From: Candidatus Methylomirabilis oxygeniifera
Lineage (GTDB): Bacteria > Methylomirabilota > Methylomirabilia > Methylomirabilales > Methylomirabilaceae
DNA: 32,000 nucleotides
Assembly (NCBI GenBank): GCA_000091165.1
Contig: FP565575.1
Span: 1,530,001 to 1,562,000, forward strand
Direction: 5' to 3'
Shown: piece after piece, positions 31,761 to 32,000 of the stretch
How positions within the stretch are numbered: the stretch's first letter is position 1
How the letters are laid out: each line of letters begins with the position of its first letter
The notes under the pieces: generated by a model
Told to the model about the DNA's origin: nothing
What the model saw: only the letters and a program-made list of their open reading frames with translations
Databases searched by the model: none
Position numbers and translations under genes: made by a program

Positions 31761-31984
31761 CGATAGGTCTCGCCGCTGGCACGACTCCGAATGCGTTTTC
31801 GCACGATGGCCTGGATCTGTTGCATCAGCGGGTCGTGTTGCACGTGAGCGAACCGACGTTCCAGCGCCCACTCCATCCGCTTCGCCGTCTCTGCCGACAA
31901 CATGCCTTCGTCGGGCCCTTCCGCCTCCACCCAGACCTGTGCAACGCCCTGATCTGCCAGTCGTTCGATCATCCGCCCGGTCAT
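31757..31984 (-). CDS. Small hypothetical protein (75 aa)
   Basis: ATG 31984 lies 6 nt after GGGAG. The stop is coupled by ATGA to the HDOD gene. I recognise no motif. Confidence 0.35.
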   Translation of the reverse strand: MTGRMIERLADQGVAQVWVEAEGPDEGMLSAETAKRMEWALERRFAHVQHDPLMQQIQAIVRKRIRSRASGETYR

Positions 31985-32000
31985 GGATACTCCCGGCGCC

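Noticed and set aside
11608-31871. N-terminal extensions implied by the track's longest-ORF starts (fmt-like 11655, pseF 13680, hemerythrin-like 22523, rod-binding 25316, flgI 26516, HDOD 31871)
   Set aside because: The track uses the first ATG/GTG/TTG after a stop. Downstream starts have SD sequences or ATGA coupling, avoid long overlaps with the preceding gene, and match the family N-termini.

Overview
This is a 32-kb, GC-rich segment (about 55-60% by eye), coded almost entirely on the minus strand. It comes from a flagellated diderm bacterium (L- and P-ring genes are present); the taxon cannot be determined from the sequence alone. Contents follow in minus-strand reading order, from the right end of the window to the left. 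(1) A small ORF, an HDOD protein and an atypical REC-GGDEF protein whose motif reads GGDDF. (2) A sigma54-type promoter in front of flgF-flgG-flgA-flgH-flgI and a rod-binding (FlgJ-N-like) gene. (3) flgM-flgN-flgK-[hemerythrin-like]-flgL-fliW-csrA, which matches Bacillus-like synteny except that no flagellin gene follows csrA. (4) A ~4-kb accessory islet. It holds three plus-strand Uma2/DUF820 nuclease paralogs, each with its own sigma70-like promoter, an antitoxin-like small ORF with a truncated toxin-like ORF, two copies of a ~130-bp palindromic MITE-like element, and a pentapeptide-repeat lipoprotein. (5) A second sigma54 promoter with the identical 15-nt core in front of a pseudaminic-acid operon: pseB-pseC-pseF-pseG-[formyltransferase-like gene in the pseH slot]-pseI. 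(6) An AT-richer methyltransferase gene. (7) One uninterrupted ORF of at least 2875 codons (1..8625). It runs off the left edge, which explains its absence from the ORF track. It fuses a GT-B-like domain, a SAM methyltransferase, two TPR blocks, one GT4 domain and at least five GT2(-like) domains, and it contains a perfect in-frame 914-bp internal direct repeat. This giant TPR-glycosyltransferase gene, apparently co-regulated with flagellar genes, is my best candidate for an undescribed glycosylation system, possibly acting on flagellin.
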